From the NCBI GenBank assembly GCA_046539845.1, contig JBKHGE010000007.1, forward strand, positions 1 through 64,000: DNA of 64,000 nt. The letters are read 5' to 3'. A program made the position numbers and the translations under genes. Below, piece after piece: positions 48,880 through 62,018 of this stretch. Source of the stretch: Desulfonatronovibrionaceae bacterium. Lineage in GTDB: Bacteria > Desulfobacterota > Desulfovibrionia > Desulfovibrionales > Desulfonatronovibrionaceae. The notes below the pieces were generated by a model that saw nothing but the letters and a program-made list of their open reading frames with translations, had not been told where the DNA came from and ran no database searches. Each line of letters begins with the position of its first letter. The first letter of the stretch is position 1.

Positions 48880-49539
48880 TTGTACATCTGCAATCCTTTC
48901 CTCAATCTCCCGGAACTGTCCAGAGTACGCGGGATAGTCTTTGACTGCGACGGGGTGCTCTTTGACTCCAAAGAGGTTAACATAAGATTTTACAACCAGT
49001 TTAAGTCCCTTCTCGGCCTGCCGCCTATGACCAAAGAAGAGGAAAAGTTTGTTCATGTCCATACCGTGCAGGAGTCTTTGCGGCATATCCTGCCTGAGGA
49101 GATGCACCATAGAATCCCTGAGATTCGGGCCGGGATCTCTTACCGCGATCTGATCCCATACATGCGCCCGGCTGAAGGACTTTTCGAATGCCTGTATTTC
49201 TTGTGTTCCAAAGGGATACAGCGGGCGGTGAACACCAACAGGACCAATACCATGGAAATGGTTTTGGACTATTTCTCCCTGTCTGGCTTCTTTTTTCCGG
49301 TGGTCACTGCCGCACATGTGAGCTGGACCAAACCCCATCCGGAGAGTTTGTATCTGATTATGCGCTACTGGAGAATGGGCCGGGATGAACTGGTATTTAT
49401 CGGCGATTCCGAGGTGGATCAAAAAACCGCGGAAGACGCCGGAGTGAGTTTCTGGTCCTTTGCCAATCCGGGTCTGCGCGGCAGGATGTATATTCCGGAC
49501 TTTCTCACTTTGCGCGAGTTTTTGGGGAACAACCTGTAA
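48880..49539 (+). CDS. HAD-superfamily hydrolase
   Basis: FDCDGVL, KPHP, FIGDS..D. Confidence 0.88.
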   Translation: MYICNPFLNLPELSRVRGIVFDCDGVLFDSKEVNIRFYNQFKSLLGLPPMTKEEEKFVHVHTVQESLRHILPEEMHHRIPEIRAGISYRDLIPYMRPAEGLFECLYFLCSKGIQRAVNTNRTNTMEMVLDYFSLSGFFFPVVTAAHVSWTKPHPESLYLIMRYWRMGRDELVFIGDSEVDQKTAEDAGVSFWSFANPGLRGRMYIPDFLTLREFLGNNL

Positions 49540-49642
49540 GGCTGCGGCCGTTTTTTCTTTCGCAAAAGACCGCCGGAAAGGTATATGGGGAGGACAATCT
49601 GCATCTACGCGGTGCGAAACCAAGTAAATTCGGAGGATTGAA

Positions 49643-49954
49643 TTGATGATATTCGCCAATTTCCTGCAGGCGATAGCCAGTGTCTTAAATACGGTGTTGA
49701 CCCTTTATTTTTGGATAGTGATTATCTCCGCTCTTCTCACCTGGGTTAATCCTGATCCCTACAATCCCATTGTGCGTATCCTGCGCAACCTGACCGAGCC
49801 GGTTTTCTACCGGGTCCGCCGCTGGATTCCGTTCACTAATATGGGCGGGATAGACCTTTCCCCTATAGTGGTTCTCCTGGCCATTCAGTTCGTGAAGATA
49901 TTTCTGGTCCAGACCCTATATCAGAGCGCGATGACCATGGGTGCTGGTGGATAG
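49643..49954 (+). CDS. yggT: YggT family protein
   Basis: WVNPDPYNPIV..L..LTEP, GIDLSPI. Confidence 0.92.
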   Translation: MMIFANFLQAIASVLNTVLTLYFWIVIISALLTWVNPDPYNPIVRILRNLTEPVFYRVRRWIPFTNMGGIDLSPIVVLLAIQFVKIFLVQTLYQSAMTMGAGG

Positions 49955-50264
49955 ACTGAAAGCTTGGGTTCCGGAAGCCGGCCTGTAGCCTGATGTCACA
50001 AGAATTAGTCGTTGCATTCTGGGCTGCCTATTGGTTATACTGTCTTCTAGAGTCAGTTTGGATCTTTGGAAAGCGACTTTTTGCCCCGAAAAAGGGGTTT
50101 AACCGGGAATAAAAATGCCCGGCAATCCCGGTTGACCAGCGCCGGGACCTTTCCGGGGCATACGGAAATCAGCCCTTTATCCGGTCGACTCCACGGGGTG
50201 TTTGTTTTAAAATGTTAACAAGAGTCTTTTCGTGGATGAATTAACTGTATCCGGAGGTCGGTGT

Positions 50265-50774
50265 ATGCCCATATCCAAAGTGGATGTCCTGCACGCAAGC
50301 TTTAAGAAAGGGTTTTTCGGGTATAAGAGGCAGGAAGTGGATGTCTTTCTGCAGGAGATAGCCGAGCGGATCGGAGAGCTGGCTGAAGAGAAGGAAAATC
50401 TCGAATCCAGGGTCGAGGACCTGGAGAAAAGCATTGCTGAATATAAGAGCCGGGAGGGAGTGCTGCAGAGCACTTTGGTGACCACGCAGAAAATGGTCGA
50501 CGACGTCAAGGCCAATGCGCACAAGCAGGCCAAGATAATAGTCGAAGAGGCTCAGAACAAGGCGGAAGGGATCATCAACCAGGCTCACAAAAGATTGTCC
50601 GAACTGCATGAGGACATAGCTGAACTCAAGAGGCAGCGCACCCAGTTCGAGATAAATCTGAATTCTCTTTTGGATTCGCACAAAAAACTTTTGGAGCAGA
50701 CCGGGAGAGAAGACCAGGAGATAGACGAGGCGGAGAGCAAACTGAAATTTTTGACCCGGGCCCAGTCCTCCTGA
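50265..50774 (+). CDS. DivIVA domain protein
   Basis: F.KGFFGY...EVDVFL followed by coiled coil. Confidence 0.88.
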   Translation: MPISKVDVLHASFKKGFFGYKRQEVDVFLQEIAERIGELAEEKENLESRVEDLEKSIAEYKSREGVLQSTLVTTQKMVDDVKANAHKQAKIIVEEAQNKAEGIINQAHKRLSELHEDIAELKRQRTQFEINLNSLLDSHKKLLEQTGREDQEIDEAESKLKFLTRAQSS

Positions 50775-50784
50775 TTTTGTACCC

Positions 50785-51087
50785 ATGTCCGAGACCATGG
50801 ATTTTGTAACCCGCAAAGACAAGACCACTTGGTATGTGCATCTCTATGTCCAGCCCGGGGCCAAAAAGACCGAAGTGGCGGGGGAATACAGGGATGCGCT
50901 CAAACTGCGGGTCCAGGCCCCTCCGGTGGGCAACAAGGCCAATACCGCTGTATCCAGGTTCCTGGCCTCCAGGCTGGGGTTGAAAAAAAGTGCGGTCAGC
51001 ATCAGTAGGGGGCGCAGGGCTAGAGAAAAGACATTTATGATCGAATCCGAATATGAGCCGGACTGGTCCGGCCTGTTTTATGATTAA
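50785..51087 (+). CDS. DUF167 (YggU) protein
   Basis: VQPGAKK, APPVGNKAN. Confidence 0.88.
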   Translation: MSETMDFVTRKDKTTWYVHLYVQPGAKKTEVAGEYRDALKLRVQAPPVGNKANTAVSRFLASRLGLKKSAVSISRGRRAREKTFMIESEYEPDWSGLFYD

Positions 51088-51113
51088 AATTAACACCATT
51101 TTTTAAAAGGAGA

Positions 51114-51350
51114 ATGGTCATGGAGCAATACGAACTCGAGTTGCTGGCCAAGTACGGGGAAAAGGACGAGGAACTGAAAAAACTGTGGGATGAACATATT
51201 GTCTATGAAAGGCAGCTGGAGAAACTGGAGAACAAGTCGTTTCTAACCCCGCAGGAAGAGAGTGAGATTAAGAGGATCAAGATACAGAAATTGCACGGAA
51301 AAACACGTATGAATGAGATATTGGAAAAATACAAATCCAAGGAGGAATAG
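51114..51350 (+). CDS. DUF465-like protein
   Basis: LWDEH..YE..LE...LTPQEE..IK..KL.GK. Confidence 0.75.
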   Translation: MVMEQYELELLAKYGEKDEELKKLWDEHIVYERQLEKLENKSFLTPQEESEIKRIKIQKLHGKTRMNEILEKYKSKEE

Positions 51351-51353
51351 AAA

Positions 51354-53039
51354 ATGGAGATAACCGGGGCCCAGATACTCCTGGAATGCCTGAAGCGGGA
51401 AGGTGTGGATCATATCTTCGGCTTTCCGGGAGGAGCGGCGATTGATATCTATAACGAGATTCCCAACTATCCGTTGCGGCATATCCTGGTCAGGCACGAA
51501 CAGGGAGCTGTGCACGCGGCAGACGGCTATGCCCGGGCCACGGGCAAGGTGGGAACCGTGCTGGTAACTTCCGGCCCCGGAGCAACCAATACCGTAACCG
51601 GGATTGCCACCGCTTATATGGATTCCATCCCCCTGGTGGTGTTTACCGGTCAGGTCCCGACCCCGCTGATCGGGAACGATGCCTTTCAGGAAGTGGATAT
51701 TGTGGGGATTACCCGGCCCTGCACCAAGCACAATTACTTGGTTTCGGACGTAAAAGATCTGGCCCGCACTGTGCGGGAGGCGTTTTTCATCGCTTCCACC
51801 GGCAGACCGGGTCCGGTCCTGGTGGATTTGCCCAAGGATGTTATGCAGGCCAAAGCCGAGTTTGAATATCCGGAGGAAATCCACCTGCGCAGCTACAACC
51901 CGAATTACACCCCACACAAAAAGCAGATAATGAAGGCGGCCCGTATCTTGTCCAAAGCAGAGAAGCCGATAATCTACGCCGGAGGCGGGGTGATCTCTTC
52001 GGAGGGAAGCGGGGTGCTTACTGATCTGGCCCGTTCATTTAGTATCCCGGTGACTGCCACCCTCATGGGTTTGGGGGTGTTTCCCGGGGATGATCCCTTG
52101 TGGTTGGGCATGCTGGGTATGCACGGTACCTATGCGGCCAATATGGCCATCAATAATGCGGATGTCGTGGTCGCGGTCGGAGCCCGTTTTGATGATCGGG
52201 TGACAGGGAAAGTAAAGAGCTTTGCACCACGGGCCAAGATCGTGCATATTGATATCGATCCCACGTCCATAAGGAAGAACGTGTCCGTGCATCTGCCAGT
52301 GGTCTCTGACTGCAGGCTCGGTCTCGAGGCCCTGCTCGAGGAGATGAAGGCCTATGAGGTGGACTGGGCCGATAAGCATTCCGACTGGGTGAGGCAGACC
52401 AAGCAGTGGGAGGAGAAGCAGCCCTTGCGCTACGCAGATCCCGGGGAGCAGATAAAGCCTCAGGAGGTCATTGAGAAAATATATGAGATCTCCGGCGGCC
52501 GGGCGATCATTTCCACCGAAGTGGGTCAAAATCAGATGTGGGCGGCCCAGTTTTATCGTTTTCGGCATCCGCGGACGCTTTTGACCTCCGGCGGCCTGGG
52601 GACGATGGGTTACGGGTTTCCGGCTGCAATCGGGGCCCAATTGGCTTTTCCGGACAAGCTGGTCGTGGATGTGGCCGGGGACGGATCCATCCAGATGAAT
52701 ATCCAGGAGCTGGCCACTGCAGTCACCTATGACCTCCCGGTGAAGATCGTTATCCTCAACAACGGATATCTGGGCATGGTCCGGCAGTGGCAGGAGCTTT
52801 TCTACAATCGGAACTACTGTTCCACCGGCCTGGAAAAGAACCCGGATTTTGTCCGGCTGGCCGAGGCCTTTGGGGCCGAGGGATACCGGGTTGTGGACAG
52901 AGGCGATCTGGATTCCACCCTCAAGTCCGCTTTTGCGAGCAAAAGGCCGTGTATCGTGGATGTTTTGGTCGAGCCGGAGGAGAACGTCTATCCCATGGTT
53001 CCGGCCGGTGCTTCGTTAACGGAAATGCTTTTGGTCTAG
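51354..53039 (+). CDS. ilvB: Acetolactate synthase large subunit
   Basis: [23 protein letters not shown]...[12 protein letters not shown]. Confidence 0.97.
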   Translation: MEITGAQILLECLKREGVDHIFGFPGGAAIDIYNEIPNYPLRHILVRHEQGAVHAADGYARATGKVGTVLVTSGPGATNTVTGIATAYMDSIPLVVFTGQVPTPLIGNDAFQEVDIVGITRPCTKHNYLVSDVKDLARTVREAFFIASTGRPGPVLVDLPKDVMQAKAEFEYPEEIHLRSYNPNYTPHKKQIMKAARILSKAEKPIIYAGGGVISSEGSGVLTDLARSFSIPVTATLMGLGVFPGDDPLWLGMLGMHGTYAANMAINNADVVVAVGARFDDRVTGKVKSFAPRAKIVHIDIDPTSIRKNVSVHLPVVSDCRLGLEALLEEMKAYEVDWADKHSDWVRQTKQWEEKQPLRYADPGEQIKPQEVIEKIYEISGGRAIISTEVGQNQMWAAQFYRFRHPRTLLTSGGLGTMGYGFPAAIGAQLAFPDKLVVDVAGDGSIQMNIQELATAVTYDLPVKIVILNNGYLGMVRQWQELFYNRNYCSTGLEKNPDFVRLAEAFGAEGYRVVDRGDLDSTLKSAFASKRPCIVDVLVEPEENVYPMVPAGASLTEMLLV

Positions 53040-53048
53040 GAGTTGTAC

Positions 53049-53531
53049 ATGCGTCATACACTTTCCGTTCTGGTAGAGAATGAGCCCGGAGTCCTTTCCC
53101 GCGTAGCCGGTCTTTTCAGCGGCCGCGGATTCAATATTGAGTCTTTGAATGTCGGACCGACCCTGGAAAAGGGCATCTCCCTGATGACCATTTCCACACG
53201 CGGTGACGATCAGATTATCGAGCAGATAGTCAAGCAGTTGCGCAAGGTGGTCTCGGTGATCAAGGTCGTGGATATGACCAATATGAAGATTGTGGAAAGG
53301 GAAATGGTCCTTATCAAGGTCAACGCCGAAGGCCCCAACCGGGCGGAGGTGCTCAGGATAGTGGACATATTCCGGTGCAAGGTGGTGGATGTCAGCCTGA
53401 ACGAACTCACCCTGGAAGTCACCGGTGATCAGGGAAAGATCCGGGCCATAGTCAATCTGCTACAGAAGTTCGGGATTAAGGAATTCGCCCGTTCGGGCAC
53501 GTCCGCTCTTCGCCGCAGTATTCAGGATTAA
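53049..53531 (+). CDS. ilvN: Acetolactate synthase small subunit
   Basis: [25 protein letters not shown]. Confidence 0.96.
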   Translation: MRHTLSVLVENEPGVLSRVAGLFSGRGFNIESLNVGPTLEKGISLMTISTRGDDQIIEQIVKQLRKVVSVIKVVDMTNMKIVEREMVLIKVNAEGPNRAEVLRIVDIFRCKVVDVSLNELTLEVTGDQGKIRAIVNLLQKFGIKEFARSGTSALRRSIQD

Positions 53532-53553
53532 TAAGCAGATCAAAGGAGATTAT

Positions 53554-54543
53554 ATGCAGGTATTTTATGAACAGGATGCAAATATTTCGGTCTTGAAGGA
53601 TTCGGTTATTGCTGTACTTGGATATGGCAGTCAGGGCCACGCCCACGCCCAGAATCTGCGTGATTCCGGCTTTAACGTGGTTGTGGGTCAGCGTCCTGGC
53701 AGCACGAATTATGAATTGGCCAAAAGTCATGGTTTCGATCCGCTGCCGGCGGCAGAAGCCGCGGAAAAAGCGGATATGATTCAGATCCTAGTCCCGGATA
53801 CCGTCCAGGCGGCCGTCTATGAGAAAGATGTCCTTCCGACCCTTAAACCGGGCAAGACTTTGGTTTTCAGCCACGGCTTCAACATCCACTACAGCCAGAT
53901 AGTCCCCCCGCAGGATATAGATGTGATCATGGTTGCCCCCAAATCCCCGGGCCATCTTGTCCGCCGGCAGTATGAGAACGGGGTCGGAGTCCCGGGACTG
54001 GCCGCAGTCTACCAGGACTATTCTGGAAAGGCCTGGGACCGGGCCATGGCCTATGCCTATGGTATTGGATGCGCCCGGGCCGGGGTCATTCGGACCACTT
54101 TTGAGGAAGAGACCGAAACCGATTTGTTCGGGGAACAGGCGGTTCTGTGCGGCGGGGTCAGCGAGATGGTCAAGGCCGGTTTTGAGACCCTGGTCGAGGC
54201 CGGTTATCAGCCGGAGATCGCTTATTTTGAGTGCCTGCACGAATTGAAGCTGATCGTGGATCTGATCTATGAAGGGGGCATGAAGAATATGCGCTACTCC
54301 GTAAGCGATACCGCGGAGTACGGGGACTACACCCGCGGCCCTCGGGTCGTCGGCCAGGAGTCCAAAAAAGAGATGCGCAGGATACTGCAGGAAATCCAGG
54401 ACGGGCGGTTTGCCCGGGAATGGATTCTGGAGAATCAGGCCAAGGCCCCGGCCTTTAAGGCCATGCGCAAAAAGGCGGCCGAGCATCAGATCGAGGAGGT
54501 CGGGGAAAAATTACGCGAGATGATGCCCTGGCTCAAAAAGTAA
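53554..54543 (+). CDS. ilvC: Ketol-acid reductoisomerase
   Basis: [26 protein letters not shown]. Confidence 0.97.
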   Translation: MQVFYEQDANISVLKDSVIAVLGYGSQGHAHAQNLRDSGFNVVVGQRPGSTNYELAKSHGFDPLPAAEAAEKADMIQILVPDTVQAAVYEKDVLPTLKPGKTLVFSHGFNIHYSQIVPPQDIDVIMVAPKSPGHLVRRQYENGVGVPGLAAVYQDYSGKAWDRAMAYAYGIGCARAGVIRTTFEEETETDLFGEQAVLCGGVSEMVKAGFETLVEAGYQPEIAYFECLHELKLIVDLIYEGGMKNMRYSVSDTAEYGDYTRGPRVVGQESKKEMRRILQEIQDGRFAREWILENQAKAPAFKAMRKKAAEHQIEEVGEKLREMMPWLKK

Positions 54544-54569
54544 ACAAATCTGGCTTAGGTATTTAACAG

Positions 54570-54632
54570 GGATCATTCGGCAACAGGGTAGCAAATTCCA
54601 ACTGACTGGATTGCCGGATGATCCTTTTGTTT
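54570..54632 (+). terminator. Probable terminator after ilvC
   Basis: GGATCATTCGGCAA/TTGCCGGATGATCC stem (27-nt loop region) followed by TTTTGTTT. Confidence 0.55.
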
Positions 54633-54713
54633 TAAGCTCCGGCCAGCGAAACGCAGCCAAGGACTCAAGCGGCCTGACCCCGAGTCAAAAATCCCTATAA
54701 ACGGAATCAACCG

Positions 54714-56465
54714 GTGAGCAGCGAAGCAAAGAGCAGATATTCCCTTTTATTACGGGACAAGACCATAACCCGTGAGGAGCTGGATGAGGCTTTGAACAGG
54801 GCCAAAAAGGAAAGTCTGGACCCGGACGAGGCCGTACTCAAGCTGCCCCAGGTGGACAAAGAGCTGCTGGGCAAATCCCTGGCAGATTATTTTGACACTG
54901 AATTTGTCCCCTTTGACAAAGGAACGGAGCCGCCTTTTGATATCTTTGAAAAGAGGCGCCTGGATCCGGAGTTTTTGAAGCGCTACGGATGGGTTCCTTT
55001 TCAACAGAAGGGTCGCACAGTAGTTGTGCTTATGATCGATCCCTTTGATCTGGGCCGGCTGGACGAAATTAGGTTTATCTTCGGCACCAGCAGTATAGAG
55101 ACCAAAGTATCCACAGCCGAGGACATAGAAAATTATATAGAGCATTTCTATGCGCAGCTGAACACAGACGAGGATCTGGCCGCACTCGGCGACGAGTTAG
55201 ATGTGGAAAGCGATTTTGACCAGGAGGCCTCCGCTGATGTCGCTGACGGGGAGATAACCGAACACGATAGCGAGGTGGTCCGCCTGGTGAACGCCCTTTT
55301 GGTGGAGGCCTGGCGTAAGAACGCTTCGGATATCCATATTGAGCCCAATGTCCAGGCCAAGTATTGCTCCATCCGTTTCCGCGTGGATGGCACCTGCCAT
55401 GAATTCAGGAAAATAAGACTGGGAATGGCCAAGCCCTTGGTCTCCCGAATCAAGATAATGGCCCATCTGGATATTGCCGAAAGGCGCCTGCCTCAGGACG
55501 GGAAGATGAAGATCAAACTCCCGGAGAGGAACAAGGTGGTTGAATTCCGGGTGGCCACCCTGCCCACGGTAGAGAATCAGGAAGATGTGGTCCTGCGTCT
55601 TTTATCTTCAGGCAAGCCCCTTCCTCTGGAAAAACTGGGGCTTACGGAAGACAACCTGGAAAATTTTAAGCACATGGTTCATCAGCCCTACGGGCTTATC
55701 CTGGTGGTCGGCCCCACGGGTTCGGGAAAGACAACTACTTTGCATTCCGCAGTCAGTTTCATAAATACCCAGGATCGTAAGATATGGACGGCAGAGGACC
55801 CGGTGGAAATCACCCAGAGCGGGCTCCGCCAGGTACAGATAAAGCCCAAGATCGGTCTGACCTTTGCCCATGCCCTGCGTTCCTTTCTGCGGGCTGATCC
55901 GGACGTGATAATGATCGGGGAGATGAGGGACCGGGAGACCGCCCATATCGGGATAGAGGCTTCACTGACCGGTCATCTGGTCTTCTCCACCCTGCACACC
56001 AATACGGCCCCGGAGACCATTACTCGTCTTTTGGATATGGAGCTGGATCCCTTCAACTTTGCGGACTCGCTTTTATGCGTCCTTGGTCAGCGGCTGATCA
56101 AGACCTTGTGCCCGGTGTGCAAGGAGGCATATACTCCGAAAAGGGATGAGGTGCAGGAATTATTATATGAGTTTGGCCCCGGATTTGTAGAATATTTGAA
56201 GCAGGCCGGGGGTAAGGACTTGAAACTTTACCGTCCGGTGGGTTGCAGGCAGTGTATGGGCGGGTACAAGGGCAGAATCGGGATCCATGAGCTTATGCTG
56301 GCCTCGGACGGGATCAAAACCATGATCAAATTCCGCAAGCCGACCGAGGAAATCCGGGCCCAGGCGGTAAAGGACGGGATGTTCTCTCTGAAGCAGGATG
56401 GTATATTAAAAGTACTCCAGGGCATAACCGACATGAAGCAGGTGCGCATGGCCTCCGGGGCGTGA
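54714..56465 (+). CDS. GspE/PilB family assembly ATPase
   Basis: ASDIHIEP, ERRLPQDG, GPTGSGKTT, LRADPDVIMIGEMRD, STLHTN, CPVC...CRQC. Confidence 0.92.
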   Translation: MSSEAKSRYSLLLRDKTITREELDEALNRAKKESLDPDEAVLKLPQVDKELLGKSLADYFDTEFVPFDKGTEPPFDIFEKRRLDPEFLKRYGWVPFQQKGRTVVVLMIDPFDLGRLDEIRFIFGTSSIETKVSTAEDIENYIEHFYAQLNTDEDLAALGDELDVESDFDQEASADVADGEITEHDSEVVRLVNALLVEAWRKNASDIHIEPNVQAKYCSIRFRVDGTCHEFRKIRLGMAKPLVSRIKIMAHLDIAERRLPQDGKMKIKLPERNKVVEFRVATLPTVENQEDVVLRLLSSGKPLPLEKLGLTEDNLENFKHMVHQPYGLILVVGPTGSGKTTTLHSAVSFINTQDRKIWTAEDPVEITQSGLRQVQIKPKIGLTFAHALRSFLRADPDVIMIGEMRDRETAHIGIEASLTGHLVFSTLHTNTAPETITRLLDMELDPFNFADSLLCVLGQRLIKTLCPVCKEAYTPKRDEVQELLYEFGPGFVEYLKQAGGKDLKLYRPVGCRQCMGGYKGRIGIHELMLASDGIKTMIKFRKPTEEIRAQAVKDGMFSLKQDGILKVLQGITDMKQVRMASGA

Positions 56466-56493
56466 GCTAGGGACTGCCCTAGGGTATAAATGG

Positions 56494-56536
56494 ACCGAAA
56501 AAGACCCCTTTTCTAGGGGCCTTTTTCGGTTTTTTT
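56494..56536. terminator. Terminator between the convergent ATPase gene and gap
   Basis: ACCGAAAAAG.CCCCT-TTTCT-AGGGG.CTTTTTCGGT followed by a T-run. Confidence 0.8.
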
Positions 56537-56540
56537 GTCG

Positions 56541-57533
<993 letters not shown>

Positions 57534-57614
57534 AGCTCCTCCCTGGTTAGGGGTCTCCGGAGATGGATCCTCCGGGAATGAATATCCGCAAAGGCGGGGC
57601 CGAAAAAACGTTTA

Positions 57615-58631
<1,017 letters not shown>

Positions 58632-58683
58632 CTATATAGCCAAAATCGTTTGCGACTTCGATAGGCCCTGATCTTCTGCCTGA

Positions 58684-59448
58684 TTATGCGGATCTGTCTT
58701 TGAACATGACTTTGATCTTCCCCAGGGCCTCCTTATTGGTCAAATCGAATTTGAGCGGGGTAAGGGTCGTATAACCGGAAGTCAGCAGGTGTCTGTCTGT
58801 TCCGGCATGGACCCGGTGCATGGGTATATCCCCGCTCAGCCAGTAATACGGCCGGCCGCGGGGGTCGTTTCTCTGGTCGTATACGTCGTTGTAGACCGCG
58901 TCTGTCTGGGGGCAAACGCGGATCCCCAGCGAAGCCGCCGCTCCTCCGGAGGGGAAATTGATATTCAAGACGCAGCGACCGGGCAGGGTCTCCCGGTCCA
59001 GATCGGGAATCAAACCGGCTGTCCACTGCGCTTCCGCGGACATGTCCCGCGGCGTGAACTCGTCTAGGGAGACCGCTAGGGCAGGGATGCCTGCCAGGGC
59101 ACCTTCGGTGGCTGCAGACACGGTCCCGGAATACAGGATATCCACTCCCACGTTGGCCCCGTTGTTGATTCCGGATATAATCAGATCCGGCTTGCTTTGC
59201 AGGTGATGGCTTAGGGCCCATTTGACGCAGTCCACAGGCGTTCCGGAGAGGCCGATCCCGGAGAAGCCGTCTTCGCGTATTTCCCGGACCCGGACCGGAG
59301 AAAAAATGGTCACTGAATGGCCCACTGCGCTCTGTTCAGTGAGAGGAGCGACCACATATACCCTGTATCCGGCCGTGAGCAGGGCCCGGTGCAGGCCCCG
59401 CAGTCCGGGGGCATGTATCCCATCGTCATTGGTTAGAAGGATGTCCAT
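58684..59448 (-). CDS. surE: 5'/3'-nucleotidase SurE
   Basis: LTNDDG, GTPVDCV, SGINNGAN.G.D.LYSGTV. Confidence 0.96.
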   Translation of the reverse strand: MDILLTNDDGIHAPGLRGLHRALLTAGYRVYVVAPLTEQSAVGHSVTIFSPVRVREIREDGFSGIGLSGTPVDCVKWALSHHLQSKPDLIISGINNGANVGVDILYSGTVSAATEGALAGIPALAVSLDEFTPRDMSAEAQWTAGLIPDLDRETLPGRCVLNINFPSGGAAASLGIRVCPQTDAVYNDVYDQRNDPRGRPYYWLSGDIPMHRVHAGTDRHLLTSGYTTLTPLKFDLTNKEALGKIKVMFKDRSA

Positions 59449-60014
59449 GATTGCCCAGCATTCGGGTATTGTTTTTTGGCTTGGTTCAAACCCAGATTAA
59501 ATGCTTTTTCGTTTATTTTCAATATCTTCTCCGGAAGGGTAGCCTTAAGGCTCCTTTTGACTGCAGCGGCCTGCATAAAGGGCAGAAAATGGGTCAATGC
59601 GCCCAGGGTGACAATGTTCGTGGTCTGAACGAGCCCGATTTTGTCCCTGGCCAGTTCGGTAAAGGGGAGTCCCCAATAGCTGTTGGTCGGGGTCTGAGAA
59701 ACCAGGGAGGTGTCTACGACCAGCTTGCCCTCGCTTTTCAGGTTCCGGAAATATTGATTGCAGGCCTCCTGGCTCAAAGCGACCAGGATATCCAGATTGA
59801 TGGTCTTGGGATAGCTTATCCTGGACCCGCTTATGACCAGATCGGAGCGGCTGGCTCCGCCACGGGCTTCCGGGCCGTAGCTCTGGGTCTGGGTCACGTT
59901 CAGGCCGTGTTCAATGGCCAGGGCCTGGCCCATGATCTTGCCCAGGGTGAGTATTCCCTGCCCCCCCAATCCGGAAAGACGGATTTCGAAGCGCTTAATT
60001 TCCTGCTTTTTCAT
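59433..60014 (-). CDS. 2-oxoacid:ferredoxin oxidoreductase gamma subunit
   Basis: GLGGQG, SYGPEARGG. Confidence 0.92.
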   Translation of the reverse strand: MKKQEIKRFEIRLSGLGGQGILTLGKIMGQALAIEHGLNVTQTQSYGPEARGGASRSDLVISGSRISYPKTINLDILVALSQEACNQYFRNLKSEGKLVVDTSLVSQTPTNSYWGLPFTELARDKIGLVQTTNIVTLGALTHFLPFMQAAAVKRSLKATLPEKILKINEKAFNLGLNQAKKQYPNAGQSWTSF

Positions 60015-60847
60015 CCCTTGCCTCCCCCGGCCAGGCTTTGGCGGAGCTCTTCGTAACGCTCCTCCAATCCGGGCTGGTTGTTGTCCGAAAACACGCCGAT
60101 CGGGAAGTACCCTTTGCGCTTGTCTTCGGGGAGTTCCAGGTATTTATCATAATTCAGGGCTGTATTTTTGTACCATTTGTACATGTCCACTATGGTCTTG
60201 AACCCGTTTTTCCGGCCGTACTGCGTATGACAGGGGGTCATAACCTCTACCAGATTAAAGCCGCGCTGGTCTATGGCAGTCATAAGCAGTTTGTCCATCT
60301 GTTTGGCGTGCATGACTGTGGTCCTGGCTACGAAATTGGCCTTGCAGGCCTCGGTCAGCTTGACCAGATCGAAATCATGCTCCATATGCCCGAACGGAGC
60401 AGTGGAGGAGAACGAGTCCCGGGGAGTGGTGCATGAACTCTGCCCCCCGGTCATGCCGTAGATCCCGTTGTTCAGGATAAGAGCGGTTACCCCGATGTTC
60501 CTCCTGGCCGCATGGATGAGGTGGTTCCCGCCTATGGACATGGCGTCTCCGTCGCCCATGACCGCAATCACCTTCAGCTTGGGGTTGGCCAGCTTTATTC
60601 CGGTGGCAAAGGAAAGGGCCCGGCCGTGGGTAGTATGCACTGTGTTGAAGTCCACATACACGGCCATGCGCCCGGAACATCCGATTCCGGCCACCAGGAC
60701 CACATCGTCCTTTTTCAGCTCCAGGGCGTGAATGCTGCGGATGAGCGAGCCCAGAACGATCCCGTGTCCGCATCCCGGGCAGTAGACATGCGGAAATTTT
60801 TTGGAATGTCGCAGGTACTTGTGTATAAGCTTGGTTACTTCGGCCAT
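60011..60847 (-). CDS. 2-oxoacid:ferredoxin oxidoreductase beta subunit
   Basis: CPGCG, GIGCS, GDGD, YGMTGGQ. Confidence 0.94.
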   Translation of the reverse strand: MAEVTKLIHKYLRHSKKFPHVYCPGCGHGIVLGSLIRSIHALELKKDDVVLVAGIGCSGRMAVYVDFNTVHTTHGRALSFATGIKLANPKLKVIAVMGDGDAMSIGGNHLIHAARRNIGVTALILNNGIYGMTGGQSSCTTPRDSFSSTAPFGHMEHDFDLVKLTEACKANFVARTTVMHAKQMDKLLMTAIDQRGFNLVEVMTPCHTQYGRKNGFKTIVDMYKWYKNTALNYDKYLELPEDKRKGYFPIGVFSDNNQPGLEERYEELRQSLAGGGKG

Positions 60848-60851
60848 GGCC

Positions 60852-62012
60852 TTATCCTTTTTGTATCAGCTTGAGTATTTCCGCCGGAGCAATGGTCTTG
60901 CCGTCCACCCGGTTCAGGGTCCTGACCGTGGTTATGCCCTGGTTCACCCTTTTTATTTCTCTGGAGATCTGGCCCATATTCATTTCCGGGACCACCAGGG
61001 CCTTGCATTGCCGGGCCATTTTTTCCACCGCTGGTCGGGGAAAGGGGAAAAGGGTTCCCAGTTTGAGCAGGCCGGCCCGTATTCCGCTTTCCCGGGCTTG
61101 ATGCACTGCTAGTTCTGCGGCCCGGGCCACGCACCCGAAGGCCACAACACAGATTTCAGCGTCTTCGGTATCCACTTCTTCGGTCAGCTGGATGTCGTAG
61201 AAGTACTGATCTATCTTCCGGAAAATCCTTTCCATAAAGTCTTTCACTTCCTTGGGCCGGGAAGTGGGATAACCGTGGTCGTCATGGGTCAGGCCGGTTA
61301 CATGATAGCGGTATCCATACCCCAAGGGAGGCATGGTCGGAACTCCGCGCATGGTCTCCTCATAGGGTATATACCATTCCGGGGGCATGGTTGGCACGAC
61401 CCGAGAAAACACGGTTGTTTCCGAGGCGTCGGGAACGGTTATTTTTTCCCGGGTATGGGCCGTGACCTCATCTAAGAGCAGAATAACCGGGGTGCGGTAT
61501 TTCTCGGCGAAATTAAATGCGGTTACGGTCATGGCCAGACATTCCTGCACGTCTGAGGCGGAGAGAACAATGATCGGATGATCCCCGTGTGTTCCCCATC
61601 TGGCCTGCTGCACATCCCCCTGGGCCGGACTGGTGGGCAGGCCGGTGCTTGGTCCGCCGCGCATGACGTTGACCAGTACCAGCGGGATCTCGGCCATGCA
61701 GGCGTATCCAATATGTTCCTGCATCAGGGAGAATCCGGGGCCGGAGGTGGCGGTCATGGCCTTGCGGCCAGCCAGGGAGGCCCCGATTACCGCGCCCATC
61801 CCGGCAATTTCGTCCTCCATTTGGATAAACACTCCGTTTTCAGTCCGCGGCAACCTTGCGGACATACCTTCAGCTATCTCGGTGGAAGGTGTTATGGGAT
61901 AACCGGCAAAAAAAGTGCATCCGGCGATAAGCGCTCCTTCGACCACCGCCTCGTTGCCTTGGGCAAAAATTTGGGTCTTTTTTTCTTTTCTTTCGCGTGC
62001 GGTCATGATCAT
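60852..62012 (-). CDS. 2-oxoacid:ferredoxin oxidoreductase alpha subunit
   Basis: YPITPS, EDEIA, TSGPG, RGGPSTG. Confidence 0.94.
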   Translation of the reverse strand: MIMTARERKEKKTQIFAQGNEAVVEGALIAGCTFFAGYPITPSTEIAEGMSARLPRTENGVFIQMEDEIAGMGAVIGASLAGRKAMTATSGPGFSLMQEHIGYACMAEIPLVLVNVMRGGPSTGLPTSPAQGDVQQARWGTHGDHPIIVLSASDVQECLAMTVTAFNFAEKYRTPVILLLDEVTAHTREKITVPDASETTVFSRVVPTMPPEWYIPYEETMRGVPTMPPLGYGYRYHVTGLTHDDHGYPTSRPKEVKDFMERIFRKIDQYFYDIQLTEEVDTEDAEICVVAFGCVARAAELAVHQARESGIRAGLLKLGTLFPFPRPAVEKMARQCKALVVPEMNMGQISREIKRVNQGITTVRTLNRVDGKTIAPAEILKLIQKG

Positions 62013-62018
62013 GCCTTT

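Noticed and set aside
47983..49659. 558-aa minus-strand ORF
   Set aside because: It is a shadow of the acyl-CoA synthetase and HAD genes and has no recognisable motifs.
54545..54713. c-di-GMP riboswitch upstream of the PilB-like ATPase
   Set aside because: GEMM consensus elements are not found in order; the hairpin is better explained as the ilvC terminator.
56468..56478. TAGGGACTGCC as another copy of the RAYT-flanking repeat
   Set aside because: The match is short and partial and lacks the AAACTATGT half, so it is compatible with chance.
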